The notes beneath the pieces are model-generated. The model was given only the letters and a program-made list of their open reading frames with translations. It was not told the DNA's origin and searched no databases. Positions 47,022 to 61,033 of a stretch of 64,000 nucleotides of DNA are shown here, in pieces; position 1 is the first letter of the stretch; the number at the start of each line of letters is the position of its first letter. Source of the stretch: Camelus dromedarius (lineage: Eukaryota); NCBI RefSeq assembly GCF_036321535.1, contig NC_087436.1:6696001-6760000 (forward strand). The letters run 5' to 3'. Both the position numbers and the translations under genes were made by a program.

Positions 47022-48198
47022 GCGATCTGTACGGAGCCATCGGCTCTCCAGTGAGGCTGACGCGCACGGTGGTGGTGGGGAAGCAGAAGGACTTGGTCCA
47101 GCGCATCCTGTACGTCCTGACCTACTTCCTGCGCTGCTCCGAGCTGCAAGAGAACCAGCTGACTTGGGGCGGGCCCCCCGGCGAGGCCGACCAGGTGCTG
47201 AACGGGTGCAGCATCACCACAGCCTTGGAGAGGGGGCAGGTGGAGGAGTCTGAGTACGTGGTGGTCACAGTGCGGAGCGAGCCGGCCCTGCTGCCGCCCA
47301 TCCTGCCCCCGACCGCGCCTGAGGGGCTCCCGGAGGGCTCTGACCTGTGTCCCGTGCTTGACAGAGAAGGGAGCCTGAGGCCTGAGCAGAGTCCCGAGGC
47401 CGGCGGCGCGGGGTCCCCAGCGCCAGCCCTGGACGGCGCCGGGCATCCTCCGGGCGCGACGGGTGGGGATGCAGAGAGTGAACACGAGGCCCCGCAGGGC
47501 GGCGCTGCCAGGCTCTCGGGCTGTGCGGGCTCGGCGGCGGGACCGAAGATGGGCCCACGCGCGGCAGGCGAGGAGCTGAGGCCCGAGATGCCTAGGAAGC
47601 TGCCGGAGCGCTCCGCGGCCAGGCCGTGCCCCGACAGGCCTTCCCGGGAGCCGCCGCCCCGGGAGAAGGTCACCTTCCACATTGGAAGCTCCGTGTCGCC
47701 AGAGTCGGACTTTGAAAGTCGCACCCAGAGGATGGAGGAGCGGCTGAAGGCCTGCGGACGGGGCCTGGAGCCGGCGCGGTGGCCCTCGGCCGGGTGCAGG
47801 GCGGCCGCCGACGCGGCCCGGGACCAGTGGGCGCCCGGGTGCTCCTGCGGGCCTGGCTTCCCGCCCTCCGAGGACTGCGGGGGTGCTTCCGGGACCCGCA
47901 GCGTCAGGACCGGGGGTGCGGAGGATGACGCCGCGTGCGCACCTGCGCCGGGCGCGGACGGGCCCTGGCCCCAACAGGGCCCCAGCGCGTGTGGCCCGCG
48001 GGACGCTGTCCCCCATGGGGACGCCGGCTTCAGGGTGGAAGGAAACATCCCCAGGAACGAGAGCTCGGACAGCGCCCTCGGGGACAGTGACGACGAGGCG
48101 TGCGCTTCCGCCTCCCCGCTTCTGGATCCCGGCGGCGCCGGGGACCACGACCCCGACCGGATGGAAGGGTCCCTGGAGGTGGAGCTGCCGCTGCCCAG
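47022..48198 (+). CDS. FNIP2: FNIP2 large coding exon 13 (1177 nt): end of the DENN core plus a disordered linker
   Basis: ctgccctccag|GC GAT...CCC AG|gtaaca; [20 protein letters not shown]...EESEYVVV (LIR-type motif)...[18 protein letters not shown]...[15 protein letters not shown]...EVELPLPR; corresponds to ORF 46985..48202. Confidence 0.96.
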
Positions 48199-48968
48199 GT
48201 AACACGGGTAGGAACAGAAGGCGTGGCTCAGGGGCGGTTCCTGGGACGAACATCCCGCGTTTTTGCCGCTGTGCGCTGTGTTGCGGGTCAGGGTTGCGTT
48301 CTCGAAGGTTGGGGCCTGCCCTTCCTCTGGGAACGATGGGGGATTAGAGCAGCCGAGCCGTAAGACAGGCGGCCGGCAGGGCCTTTGCGGCTCTTGAGAC
48401 GTTTGGGGGAAGTAAGGGACGGATGCGGTGGCTTTGGGGAGCGGGGAGGGCCATCTCCCGTCGCGCCTCAGTGGTGGCGGGTCACACCCCGCCGCCTGCA
48501 GCCGGAGCAGTGTGAAGGGGCCGGGAAGCACCACCTCTTCATAACACTGTGGCAGGTCGGCGGTTTGGTCTGTGGGGCCCGGAGCCGGAAGCAGAGATCG
48601 CTGTGTTCCGCCCTGTCCTGGACGGATGTGCAGCTGTGTCCAGCTCCCAAAGCCAGGCTTGGCAAGAGCCCCTGGGGAGACTTCCCCTTTCTTGCCTGCT
48701 GGTGATGTGCTGTGTGAGGCACAGGAACAGACTCAACCAGCTGTCAGAATGCTTGTTTTTTCCTGCTCTTCCCCTTTAAGGAAACCCTTCTTCCTCTACA
48801 CTCCTTTCCTTTTGTGGCAGGCGCACCAATGCCCCGCTTTCTGGAGGGGTCCCGATGGGAACCACCTGAATCCATCTTCTTACCCGCACCCCCTGGGGTT
48901 CAGGCCCAGCGGCAGTGCGAGAAGGGGCACTCGCTGGTCGTGTGTTCTAACAGCTGGTGTCGTCCTAG

Positions 48969-49125
48969 GTCTCAGAGCATCAGCAACCCGAACGTGAGAA
49001 ACTTCGGCCGCTCCCTGCTGGCGGGCTACTGCCCCACCTACGTGCCCGACCTGGTGCTTCACGGGACCGGCAGCGACGAGCGGCTGAAGCAGTGCCTGGC
49101 TGCCGACCTGGTCCACACAGTCCAC
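48969..49125 (+). CDS. FNIP2: FNIP2 coding exon 14 (157 nt)
   Basis: gtcgtcctag|G TCT...GTC CAC|gtgagt; [52 protein letters not shown]. Confidence 0.95.
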
Positions 49126-52100
49126 GTGAGTGATGCCAGCGGGGAGCCGGGGGGTGCGTCAGCAGCAGGTGCTCAGACCCAAGAGACTGCAGTTACTGGC
49201 TTGGTGGTGGAGATGCCGTGGGCAGGGTTACGGGAGGAACGCGGGCTGCCAAGGCACCCAGGACTAGCAGCAGTTGGAGGCTGAGCATGGGGGCCCAAAG
49301 CAGCGAGGGGTGCAAGAGGGGCTGCCTGGCTACAGGAGCACAGGGTGAAGGGGGGACCCCGACATCCCTCTGCTCCTGCCTCTGAGCCCAGCCGGAAGCC
49401 ACAGAGCAAGGCCATGGCTGATGCAGATAGTTCTGCAGTCCAGAGGTCACGTCCCGGGGCCATGCTGGACAGAGGAGGGCACAGGGCGGCTCCGGGGAAG
49501 GCAGGGGTGGGCAGACAGAGCAAACGGCACAGGCGGTGACAATTACAGCCATCACAGGGAGGACCAAAGAGTCGTCACATATGGTTTGCTTCTTATCCAA
49601 TCCCTCCAAGTTCCTAAAAGTGATTTATTTTCACCCATTTGTCATGAAGCTCACTGTGATGGCGGCTTGAGGATGACTGTGTAAAGACTAACACGTCTTA
49701 TTGGAGAACCGCCTGGCGGTGGCTGCCCAGCGCCATTCTGCTCTCTGCGGCGTGGCCAGGCTGGCAGTTAAGGAGACTGTCAGCCCGAGGCCTGCTCTTA
49801 GCCAAGCTGCTCCGGGGCAGCTGTGCACAGACAGATGTCGTGTATTAGGAACATACTATGTTTTGTACAACAGGGAAAGTCCTTGTGGCTTTGGGAGAGT
49901 TGGAATTTGGCTGGTTACCACCCTCCCCCGCGTAGCAAACTCTTTCGCGTGGTGACCCACAAGGCAGTACGTCTTCTCTCTGGCCTCGAGCATCTCCTCT
50001 GTGGAGACCAGGCATCCATCAGGCACAGGCCAAGCAGGAGGAAGACGTTTGTGTAAAAGGGGAGGAAAGGGCGGCCCTGAAGCTGATGTTCTCACCCCGT
50101 GGGCGAGGAAGGCAGCCGGGGAGAGGTGGCCCTGCCCTTTGCTGTGACCTCACCCGCCCAGGAGGTCCCTGGAAGGAAGCCGGTGACGTGACTTTTGTCT
50201 CTGTGAGGATGGAATGCCTCCACTTTATCCTCGTAGTTGTGTGAGCACTGGGACTTGTCCATCGTCTGAGGCCGGTCCATCCCCGGCAGAGAGAGAGGAG
50301 GTGCCCTCGTGTGCGGAGCTGTCTCCAGGCTGTGGTAACCACGTGGGGAGCCCCAGTGATTCCAGAGACCCGCACACATTTATCCAGGGAATGAGGGGCC
50401 CTCTTCTCCTTGTCTGTTGGCACCTTGTGTTTATGATCACATATGCAAACCCTGTGGGCTTTCTCTCCTGTCTGTGTCCGTTTGCTCTGTGAGAATATCT
50501 GTGTTGCTCGGTGCGCCCTCCTCCTGTGAAGCCCTGTGTTCTGCTTCTGACGGGCTGTCGTCCGAATACCCTGGAGACGGCATCTGTTGCTCAATGCCCC
50601 TCCTTGAACTCACCAACCGCAGAACCATTCATGACCCTTTTGAGATTTTCCACAGGCTGACAAGTTCAGGTGTTTGCTTGTTAGGTTTTCATGGTGACCA
50701 TCTGGCTCTGTATTTCTTAAATTAAAGGAGAAAAAAAAAAAAAAACCACGTTCCCTCTGTTTGTTCTCTGAAAGGCTTTTCATCTCTCATTTCCTCTTCC
50801 TTTTAGTAGTAGCGTTTTCACACTACAGCTGTTTGCATCTCTTTAGACTTTGCGGTCAGCCTGAGAGGTGGAAACTTATTGGGCATAATAAGCCAATATT
50901 GTGTCAAATTGTGGCACATCCACAGTGCAGCCAGGCCTAGGTGTTAATAGGAAATTATAGAGGGGTCACAAAAGTATTTTCAGACTTTTAATACATTCAG
51001 AGGGTATCCATTTGGCATTAGTGGAGTTCCCATTTTACTTGGCACGTTCCTCAGAATGAATTCTGCTTTTGAAGTAAGCGTTCCACGTAAACCACTTCTC
51101 AGACTGGGGCTCTGGTCTGCGGCAGTGTTTAAGTAAAGACAGCCTTACTTTCAACTACCATTGACAAATATTTGTTGAGAAATGAATGAGGAGGTGGGTG
51201 GACATTCTATTGAATTTACTGCTCCATTAGCCTAGTCACTGTTTAAATTCTTGAGTGTGGTCCCAGAGAAAGAAGCAAAGAGCCAAGACAGAGTGCGGGA
51301 CCATAGTTAGAGCTGATGGAGGAAGAAGAGATCAGCGTACGTGGCTTTACCATCACTTGTTTTTTTTTTTGAACGTCTTTCTGTTCATGCCAGACTTCGT
51401 CCAGCTTTGATATTCACAATTGTTTTTAAAGAGGAATTTTTAGTAATTGTTGAAAAGCAGTTGATTTCAGTTACCGATCTCTTGTCAAGGCCTGTGTGTG
51501 ACTGGACTGTATAATCTGTCCCGTGTAAATGTGAACTTTTATAACCGCGGTGGGCCGGCTCATGGGTTCCTTCTCTCACTGAGAGATGGTGTCTGGAGCT
51601 TCCAATTCTAAGAATTTCTTTTCATGCCTTTCCTTATTGTAGGCTCTTATCAAAGAAAGACACATTAACTTTATTTCCGTTTTTATTATCGGCTTTCACA
51701 TGGGAAGATTCTGATGGTTTTTAAATATTTAAACACATGTTCTTGTTTAATCCACCGTCTACCTCTTTTCTGTCATTTGAACTGTTGCTTTGCCTCCTAA
51801 CATATAGATTACACAGCTGCCTTAAATTAGGCCAACATCATATTTAGTTTCTTTTTTTTTTTTTTCTGCCACATCTAAACGTGGCTTCTTTCTTCTATTT
51901 TCCTTTTGACTAGAGATGGTGATGTGGGCAAGAGAGGGTGAGAGAGCCAGCTTCCCTTCTTGCCTCTGACCCTCCAAGAACTTTTTCTCTCTTTGTGTTT
52001 TCTCCCAGATGCCCTACTGCTGGGGGCACTGCTGACCAGGGCTGGGTCAGGGTATTAAATTACAGGTAGCTGTGGGGTGGTGGAGGGGCACCGACTCTAC

Positions 52101-52204
52101 ACTGATGGCTTCGGCATTACCACCCGTTCGCTGTTCCTCAAGGAAATCAGTGGGTCTCGCTAAGCCTCAGAAACGCGTGTTTAGAGGAACAGATAAAATA
52201 ATCA

Positions 52205-52420
52205 CTTAGCAGTTAAAACTTTGGCTTCTAAAGGCAGGCGTGCCTGAATCTGAGTGACGGCTCCTCCCCTGTGGCTTCGTGACCTTCGGCAGGTTTCTTT
52301 AATCTTCTAGGCCTTAGCTTCATCTTTCAGGAAATAACAGGACGTAAAGTCTGGTGTGAAGACTGCGCGGTGGGGCGTATGCAGTGTGTAGCGTGGTGCC
52401 TGGGACTTTACCGGACGCCT
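52205..52420 (+). mobile_element. MIR fragment
   Basis: gtgaccttcggcaggtttctttaatcttctaggccttagcttcatct core. Confidence 0.55.
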
Positions 52421-53380
52421 GATGGCTGTCAGCAGTTACAGTTACACAGGTGGCCGTGCTTCGTGAGTGAGTTTCCCGGGAGGCTCCCGTGGGGCTGCCA
52501 GGACAGAACCCGGACAGTCACCCATTCAGCGCGGACAAGGGCCACTCTCCCTCTGCCAGCGATGTGGCCAGGAGCAGGGCAGGCGCCCCGCTCTGCAGGG
52601 GTGGGGCATCAGGACCGGAATTCATGTCCCACGTTATTGGTTCTCTTCAAGAAACCGCGCTCCAGGACCTCAGGCATTTTCAGCAAAATCCACAACACCA
52701 GGCGGCAGTTGGGTGTAGCAGCCTCTTTCATTTCATTTTTGAAGGAGCAACAGACTGACTCCAGAAATATCCGCAGAAAGCCGCAGCACAGATCAGGAGC
52801 GGTGCTGAGCGCTCGGTGGGGATGTAGGCCTATGAATAGCTAAGTAAGCCTGATGGACCAGGAAGTCTCCCAAAACAACAGCGAGTCCCAGCGAGTGATC
52901 AGTCATCACCTCCGTAACAGACGGCCCTGGGGTGGCCTCCTGTCAGTGGCAACCCGACACAGTGCTGTGGGGAGTGTTTCTGGGGGATGGGGCTGCTGCT
53001 TCAGAGCACCCCTCGCTGCCTTCACCCCTGTGCTGGGCGATGTGTGTGGCGGGGCCGCGGGCCTGCAGTGCCGTCTTACCATCCAGTGAAACCTTCGGGG
53101 CGTGTGTGCACGTGTACAGACGCAGAGGCACCGATGGACACTCACTATAAGCGTGCACACTGGGTATGATGTTAACATGTGTCTCCTATAGCGGACTGTC
53201 GTTCTAACGATGTGGAAACAGTACTGATCTCTCCCGTAGTGCCCGGTCCAGTCTGTGGGCTTCATGGCCCCCTCCCTCCTCACCGTGAGTGCAGTGACCT
53301 TGCAGCCAGCACCTGCGTCCAGTCGTCCTGCATGGGGCCACGGAGGGCTCCTCCTCCAACGTGGATTTGATTGCTTACTT

Positions 53381-53516
53381 TTTTTTCCCCAATCTTTGTT
53401 GGTGGGGGAGATAATTAGGTTTATTTATTTATTTTTCACAGAGGTACTGGAGGTTGAACCCAGGACCTCGTGCATGCTAACCACACACCCCACCACTGAG
53501 CTGCGCCCTCCCCCCC
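53381..53516 (-). mobile_element. Vic-1-like SINE
   Basis: taattaggtttatttattt...ggttgaacccaggacctcgtgcatgcta...ccactgagctgcgccctcccccc. Confidence 0.87.
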
Positions 53517-54719
53517 GATCGTTTACTCTTCTCTCTCCTGGGGACCCATTTCTCCTGGAGAGCAGCATCCAGGCTCCTTGGCTAGAATTGCCCCTCTTAT
53601 GTCCTCGGACGTGGACACAACACGCACAGCTCTGCACACGCCTCCTTTCCGGCACAGTATGCCATGAGCCATCCTTCAATGGCCTGTCTCCTCCTGGCCT
53701 GCCCTCCCTGACTCCCTCTCCCTCTGGCATCGTCGGACCAGCCTCTGTTCCTTCTGCAGGACCTGCTCCAACATTGCCTCTTCTCTGAAGCCACCCCAGG
53801 CCCCTTGGCACGTCCTTGTCCCGCCAGGCCTGTGGGCCCCAGGGCAGGAGGGGGGCTGCATGCACCCCTGTGTGTTCCAGCACCTCTCCCAGGCTCCAGG
53901 ACATCCGAGGGTCCCCACAGGACTGGGTGTGGGGGTGCGGGCTCCTCCACGTAAGGCTGTGATCGTGGCCATGACCCTGCCTTCCAGAGCGAGAGAAGCA
54001 GATGAGGGCCTTTCTTTAGAGGGTGAAGGGGGAGGGTGATGCTTTCAGATATGACGCTCTGGCTTTTGTGCTCATTTTCTTCCCCTAAAGGAGAATAAAA
54101 AGTTTAGTCTATGTCTCTCAGGCATAATTCCTCTTGTATTTTGTAAATATTAGACACGTCGCTGATTTTGATGTTTTCCCCAATTTTTCCATTGTGTGCA
54201 AAATATTTGGATGTCTGTGCCATTCTCTGAAAAAAAAAAAAAAAGCTCCTAGCCTTCTCACATTTTATTGTGGCATCACACACATCCTTACAGAACGTTA
54301 CTCCAACGACCTTTTTGACCCTGAGCCCCTTCCCTTGACTTTAAGCTGTCTCCTTCCTCCGCAAGTGACTGGCCTGCCTTCTGTGGCATCCCCGGAGCGG
54401 CACGTGGGTCTGCAGGGCGCCCGGCAGGAACAGGCAGAAGGGCAGGTGTCTCCCCTGCACCCCAGCCCCAGGCCCCCTCAGCAGTGTCCGGTAGACCAGA
54501 ACAATCGATTCTCTCTCCTCCACCACCTTACCACAACTCCTAAGACTTCAGAGAGACACCGAACCTGCTTCCAGGGAACACACATGGGACATAAAATAAA
54601 CAACTCCAGCAAGATAGGCTCACGGTCAGAAATTACCCACCATGATGAGGGGGTACAGGCAGGAGGCTTCGCCCTCCTAGAACAATCTGAAACAACTGCC
54701 GAGTAACTACTTTAAAACG

Positions 54720-55200
54720 GCTCCAGTGTAAAAAGAAGGAACCAGAACCTTGAGGAAAGATGGTCTGATACAACACATGATTGTGTAGATTTGTTAAAGA
54801 ACTAAAAAGAGCTGCTAAAATGGAAAAACACAGTCATGGACATTAAAACTCAAGGGATAGTTTAAAAAGCAGAGCAGATTAAATACAGCCAGAGAGAATT
54901 AGAATTCATGAAGGAGACACTTGGTACGACACTCTCTGTAGCTCTGAGACAAAAATACAGGAAAAATTATGAGAGAGCAAGTAAGAGACGTGGAGGCTGG
55001 AACGGGATGATTTTGTAGCACATACAGAAGGGGAGAAAGAGAAACAGTACGGGAAGAAAGAATGGCCGTGATCGTTCAGATTAAAGGAGCCCACCGACTC
55101 CTGAGTAGGGTGAATAGAAAGAAGCCCACACTGAGTTCTGGGACATCAAGGATGAAGGAGACTCTCAGCAGCAGCAGAGAGGACGCGGCCCTGTCCTTCA
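54720..55200 (+). mobile_element. Very old L1 ORF1-region remnant
   Basis: A-rich text aaaaagcagagcagattaaatacagccagagagaattag...cagattaaaggagcccac typical of decayed ORF1. Confidence 0.45.
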
Positions 55201-55867
55201 GGGACCGAAATCCAACAGGTGATACAGAGAGCCCACTGTAGGGGGAGGTGTGGGGCGATGCACAGAGGCTTCCTGGAGGAGGGGGCGTCTGCAGTGGGGA
55301 TGAGCCGGGAGAGGGCTAGGGGGCCAGGCCAGCTGCAGGAGCTTCAGACTCACCATAGGCAGGGCCAGCCTGGCCGCCGCAGGAGGTTCTGTCTGTCCGT
55401 CTCTGTAAAACTGACATCAGGGAAGTCAGGATGCTGGAAATTTAGTATCTCGTTTTCTGGATGGTTGTATAGACAGGAGGAGGCAGGTGACCAGCAGGTC
55501 TGTTTCCTCTGCATGGATGTGAGACTGGGCACTGGTCAGCAGTCCACACATCTGCATCCTGGCAGGTGGCTCTCAGCCATCCAGAAGTGGGTGGGTTGGC
55601 CAAGGACTAGCTTAGCTTGCTTAAATCTTCAGTTCAAGGACATGGAGGTGTGGTGATGGAGGTGGGCCTTGGCTCCTAAGGACGCAAAGGGGATCTGAGG
55701 ACATTTAACCAAGAGCGGATGCTGAGAAGGTAACCGTCATGGCAAGAATCACCCGTTTTCTCTTTGCGACCAGTCAGAGCCTTACTTGAAGCCACATGAA
55801 GGCTGCTGTCACTAAGTCATGGTGCTGTCACCAATGGTGAGGGTCTCTTTGGGGTTTTTTTGTTTGA

Positions 55868-56348
55868 TTCTTATTTTTTTTTATTGAAGTGCCATCAGTT
55901 ACAATGTGTCAGTTTCTGGCGTACAGCACAATGTCCCCAGTCATACATATACATACATATATTCATTTTCATATTCTTTTTCATTAAATGTTATTACAAG
56001 ATATTGAACATACCTCCTTGTGCTATACAGAAGAAACTTTTAAAATCTATTTTCATATATAGTGGCTAACATTTGTAAATCTCGAACTCCCAAATTTATC
56101 CCCTCTCACCCGTTTTCCCCCGATAACCATAAGATTGTTTACTAAGTCTGTGAGTCTGTTTTTGTTTTGTAGATGAGTTCATAGTGTCCTTTTTTTTCCT
56201 TTTCTTTTTTTAGATTCCACATATGAGGGATATCATATGGTATTTTTGTTTCTCTGTCTGGCTTATTTCACTTCAAATGATGATCTCCAGGTCCATCCAT
56301 GTTGCTGCAGATGACATTATTTTATTTTTTGTGGCTGAGTAGTATTCC

Positions 56349-56405
<57 letters not shown>

Positions 56406-56880
56406 CTTCTGTATCCAGTCATCTGTCGATGGACATTTAGGCTGTTTCCATGTCTTGGCTATTGTAAATAGTGTTCTATGAGCACTAGGGTGCATGCATC
56501 TTTTCAAATTAGAGTTTCCTCCAGATATATGCCCAGGAGCAGGATTGCTGGATCATACGATAAGTCTATTTTTAGTCTTTTGGGAAATCTCCATACTGTT
56601 TTCCACAGTGGCTGCACCAACCTGCATTCCCACCAGCAGCATAGGAGGGTTCCCTTTCCCCACAGCCTCTCCAGCATTTATCATTCATGGACTTTTGAAT
56701 GATGGCCTTTCTGACTGGTGTGAGGTGATACCTCATGGTAGTTTTGATTTGCATTTCTCTGATAATTAGCGATATTGAGCATTTTTTCGTGTGCCTATTG
56801 GTCATTCATATGTTTTCACCAGAGAACTGCTTGTTTAGGTTTTCCGCCCATTTTGGGATTAGGTTGGGTTTTTGTTACTA
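55868..56880 (-). mobile_element. Younger L1 3' end/ORF2 end with internal (CA)n
   Basis: Antisense ORFs [32 protein letters not shown] and LFTIAKTWKQPKCPSTDDWI are the L1 ORF2 C-terminus; poly-T at the left. Confidence 0.9.
56352..56403. repeat. (CA)n microsatellite inside L1
   Basis: About 26 perfect units. Confidence 0.95.
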
Positions 56881-57628
56881 AATTGTGTGGGCTGTTGGGT
56901 GAGGGTCTCTTTGAAAGGTGTTTTCTCACGCAGCATCCTCTTACTCAACTTCAGTTTAATCAAGCTATGGAACTTGCTAGAGTTATCCTCTATAGGACGG
57001 CTAACAAGTTGGTGCTTACATGATCCCCAAGAATCTTATGTTTTATAATCTAGAATATTTCAGAGAAAAATTCCTTCCTAGCCTCCAAGTCACCAATCAC
57101 CTGCCCCCTTGTGTGTGGAAGAGGCTGCCTGGTGGCTTGTCCTATGGTTAAGTCTGCAGTTGTCAGTCGTGTGCAGAGTGTGGGGCCGGCAGTGAGTACG
57201 ATGTCCATCTGCACACCTGTCGTCTGCTGCACACTCCGGGCTGCCCCTTGAGGGCTCACAGAGGCTCTGTTGAGAGTAGACATTGGGCCATGCCAGCGGC
57301 ATAGAGACGGGAAGTTTCTTGGCCAAGTCACATCAGAGGCAACCGTGTTCTCTCCTCTCGACATAACACTGCGACCGTCACACGCACTGTCACAGTCTTA
57401 TCTCCGAGGGACTTCCACCCCGACCAGGTCCTCAGGTTTCAAAGGAAACGGCTTGGCAGACTCGAGCTAAAATGTCAGAGGCAATTGGATGACGTCCTAG
57501 ATTCCGTTTCTGACACGCCAGGATACGTCGTGAGCTCTTGTATTTTGTGTCCGTGTGTTTCTCTCGGTAGCGCAGAGCTGCCCTGGGCCCCCACGGGGGG
57601 GGATGGCGTGATGCGCTCATCAGTTGCT

Positions 57629-57756
57629 GGGGGAGGGTGTGGCTCGGTGGTGGAGCGTGAGCCTGAGGTCCTGGGTTCAGTCCCCAGTGCCTCCTCTAAA
57701 ATAAATAAATAAGTAAACCTAATCACCTCCTCCTGCAAATAATAGTAATAATAATA

Positions 57757-57787
<31 letters not shown>

Positions 57788-57807
57788 ATGAAGACAATTT
57801 TTAAAAA
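57629..57807 (+). mobile_element. Vic-1-like SINE with a short internal deletion and (AAT)n tail
   Basis: GGGGGAGGGTGTGGCTCGGTGGTGGAG...GAGGTCCTGGGTTCAGTCCCCAG; near-TSD ctcatcagttgctg / ctcatcagtagctg; (AAT)n at about 57728-57787. Confidence 0.82.
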
Positions 57808-59461
57808 ATGAACTCATCAGTAGCTGAAGGACACGTACGTGGGGGGTGGTCGTTTCCGCCTCTTAAATGAGAAATAGGTAACCACGTGACAGGTTGGTCA
57901 TTTAAACGTGGGACGTGCAGGAGAACGATCTTGACAGTTGTGCAGATGACTTAACAGGAACTGGATTGACCCTAAAAAGGAAGAAATCTGAGCAGAGGAT
58001 TATTCGCCAGGGCTGGCCTGTATCAGATAGCTAGCCCACGCCTGGCGTGTTGTTACGCTCATTTCAGAGGCTACAGAAGAAAAATGTGACTTCTCTCCTG
58101 GAGTGACTTATGCCATCACTGAGGAGACAAACAGATGTGAAATCGTGAGCACGTTAAGGCAGTGATTAAATGCCTGATGGTGAACGTGGGGTGCCGGGGA
58201 GACTGGACCCAAGCTGGGTCCCTGAGGACCCGAACCGTTTAGGAGGGAGGCGGGGAGACATTCAGGGACAGCCTGATAAGAGCAGGCGCCCTCCCTCCCC
58301 GGACAAGGGGGCCCTTCTCAGGGAGCCCGGGTGGGGGAGGTGGGCGCAGGCGCAGAGAGCTCTAAGGTGGAAAAAGACAAGTCTGCACTGGAGCGTTTCA
58401 GGGGACGAGCTGGAGCAGGTTGATGCGTCGCTGAGGGAAATGGCAGTGTGGTATGCTAGGAGGTCGCAGGGTTTTGGAGACAAGATTAACGTGGCAGACA
58501 CGTTTTTCTCACAGACTGTGTGACTTAAGTGCCATCACACTTCACAGACGTGGAAGCCGGGCGGCCCCCAGCTGGCAGGGGACAGAGGCAGTGCCCCAGC
58601 CCTGTCCTGCCTGACGTCAGAACCTTTGCTCTTTGGTGACCATCAGAACCAAGTCCTAAGGACAGAGCTGCGGAGGTCAGGGGTCTGACAGGTGTTTGAA
58701 TCATCGCCTCGTGGTCTGCAGCACTTGTTAAAGTGTTCCCTTCTCAGAAGCACGGTGCCACGTGTGTCACTGCTGGGTGGGTGAGTGGCTCCTTGTGTGT
58801 ACCCGGCGTGTGCGTGAACTTGGTACAGTTGTGAACTTAAAAAACCTACCTGACAGACTTCACTAAGGACCAGGTTACGCTGATGACAAGGCATTGTCAT
58901 CTTGCTGTGAATTTATGACGCGGATTGAGCAAGAACTTGCAGGAACTGGTAAAGGAAAGTCGCTGCAGTCACCCCGTCCTTCCGCACTCCCTGTTTTGGT
59001 GCGTGTGTGTGTCTGTCTCTGAAGGGCAGGAGTCGGGGTCGCAGAAGCCTTCAGGTGGGAGCGGGACTTCGGGTCATCATGTGTGTGGCGTTTGTACAGT
59101 TTGGTTTCCATGTCTGTAAAGTGAGAACCATCCTTGGGAAACTGGGCTTCATTCATTCCAGGAGCCGCCTTGCCACATTCTTCACTTCTCACGTTTAAGA
59201 TTCGTTGAACAGACGCTTAAGGAAAGGTCTGGCCATTAGACTTGCCTGATCGGCTCTTCTTCGCAATGGGAAACACATTTTAAGTCCTGACAGTCTCCTT
59301 CCTGGGTGTAATAGAGGAAAAATGTCGGCCCCAACACGGCTCTCATTCAGCCCACCAGTCCCTCTTTCCTCATCTGTGAGAAAGAATGCAAAGCGAGGCA
59401 GGTGAAAAAGCCCCAAACTGGGGAGCCAGGTCGCCTGTTAAAAGTACAGTGTAGCACAGTG

Positions 59462-59596
59462 AAAAAAAATGTGACAATGAATATACGTATGTTCATGTGT
59501 AACTGAAAAATTGTGCTGTACACTGGAATTCAACACAACATTGTAAAATGACTATAACTCAATAAAAAATGTTTTTAAAAAATTAAGAAAAACAAA
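59462..59596 (+). mobile_element. 5'-truncated L1 3' end
   Basis: gaatatacgtatgttcatgtgtaactgaaaaattgtgctgtacactggaa...ctataactcaataaaaa; near-TSD gtacagtgta / gtacagtatg. Confidence 0.78.
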
Positions 59597-61033
59597 AGGG
59601 TACAGTATGACAGCCAATGTCTGGAGTTTCCGACATCAGCCTCCCTCCCAGCCCCGAGTGCTGTCGTAAAAATCCCAGGCCACGGTTGTCCGCGGCGGGG
59701 CTGTGTGCTGTGTGGCTCCTTCGCTGCAAGCAGCAGGAACCGACTCTTAATTTAAGCAGAAGGGACTTTATTGGAAGAATATCAGGGAGTCTTAGAAATG
59801 ATAAGAAGACCAACGAACTAGGCTTGGCCAGACGGAGAACGAGGCATCCCGGGAAGTCGGGGACCAGGAACTCCCTGAGGGGTCTGTAGGAGCTGCTGTC
59901 TGGCCAGGAACACGGTGGTACCAAGCACCCTGGGCTTCCTGACCCCTTGCTACGGGGGGACCGCTGGGCATCCCCGGAGCATCTAATCGGACTTGCCTGG
60001 GTCGTGTTACCACAATGCGGTGGAGGGTGGGCGGCCCTCCAGGACTTACCCAGGAAAGGTCCTTCTCCAAAGGGAAATTGGGAGGAAGCTAGACTCAGCA
60101 GCCAAAGCGACAGTGGCCACCACCGGGCAGGGAAGGGACCGCACAGGGGACGAGGCCAGACCCGGTTTCCTTTGGTAAAGGAGGGTCAGAGGATGTTTGC
60201 GAGGACGTTGGCTGCAGGGTGCGTCTGCCTGTACCCTCTCCCACCCGCCTCCTTGCTTCTGTCCTGCGGCCGGGAGGGCGGCCTTGTGCTGCTGGTTTGT
60301 GCACGTGTGGACGCTCAACCTGTGTGGCACAGGGCCTGGCAGGGAGGCAGTCATATGGTGATCAGTTTCAAGGAATTCAGTTTTTTAGGCCCTTTTCCTT
60401 GGCTGCGTCCACGGTCACCCCGTCTGCCCTGGGGCATGGCTCTCGTCACTGCGCAGCTCCTGGGCGTTTGTGTCTTAAGTCTGTTCCTCAGGAGCTGTAC
60501 TTGGACTTTCTGGCCCCATCCAGATAAGTGACTCGCTGCCCACGTCTGATTCCTGTTGGCAGTTGGAGCTGATCTACGCCTGTGGCACGCGGTTACTGAA
60601 TCCACACTGCTTTGTGATTCAGGCCATGCCTTCCAGGGAATGCTGTGACCTGCCAGACCTTGTTCCTGGGGGTAGAATCCTTGCCCTCATTCTAAGTGTC
60701 CATTTTAAAAGGAGGGTGCAGTCTTGCAGAAGGAAGTGGACTTTAATGTCCGGGGCTGGAGGGAAAGCATGTGCCTTTGCACATTTCTGTGAACCCCCAC
60801 ATAATGATGACATTACAGTGTGCCTCCCGGTGCCACAGGGAAATAATGATTGCATGCTGTTTCTGTCAAGTAAATTTTTACATGACAGTCCGATAACACC
60901 CTGTGTGAGTCCCCGGGAAGCTCCCCACTCCTGGGGTGCCCATCACCCCCTCCCGCCCCTCTGACGCTGCTCAGAAACTTCTGGATGCTCTGGGTGACAC
61001 CTGGGAAGAGCTGACCCTGTGCTTCCCCCGCAG

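Noticed and set aside
46952..48534. Two long antisense ORFs (433 aa and 470 aa) over exon 13
   Set aside because: They shadow a very GC-rich coding exon where stop codons are rare; the products are low-complexity P/G/A/R with no recognisable domain.
866..57890. Isolated TCACGTG/CACGTGAC sites (866, 43822, 46127, 57883)
   Set aside because: Single E-boxes are expected by chance in this CpG-rich window; only the cluster at 18856-18981 stands out.
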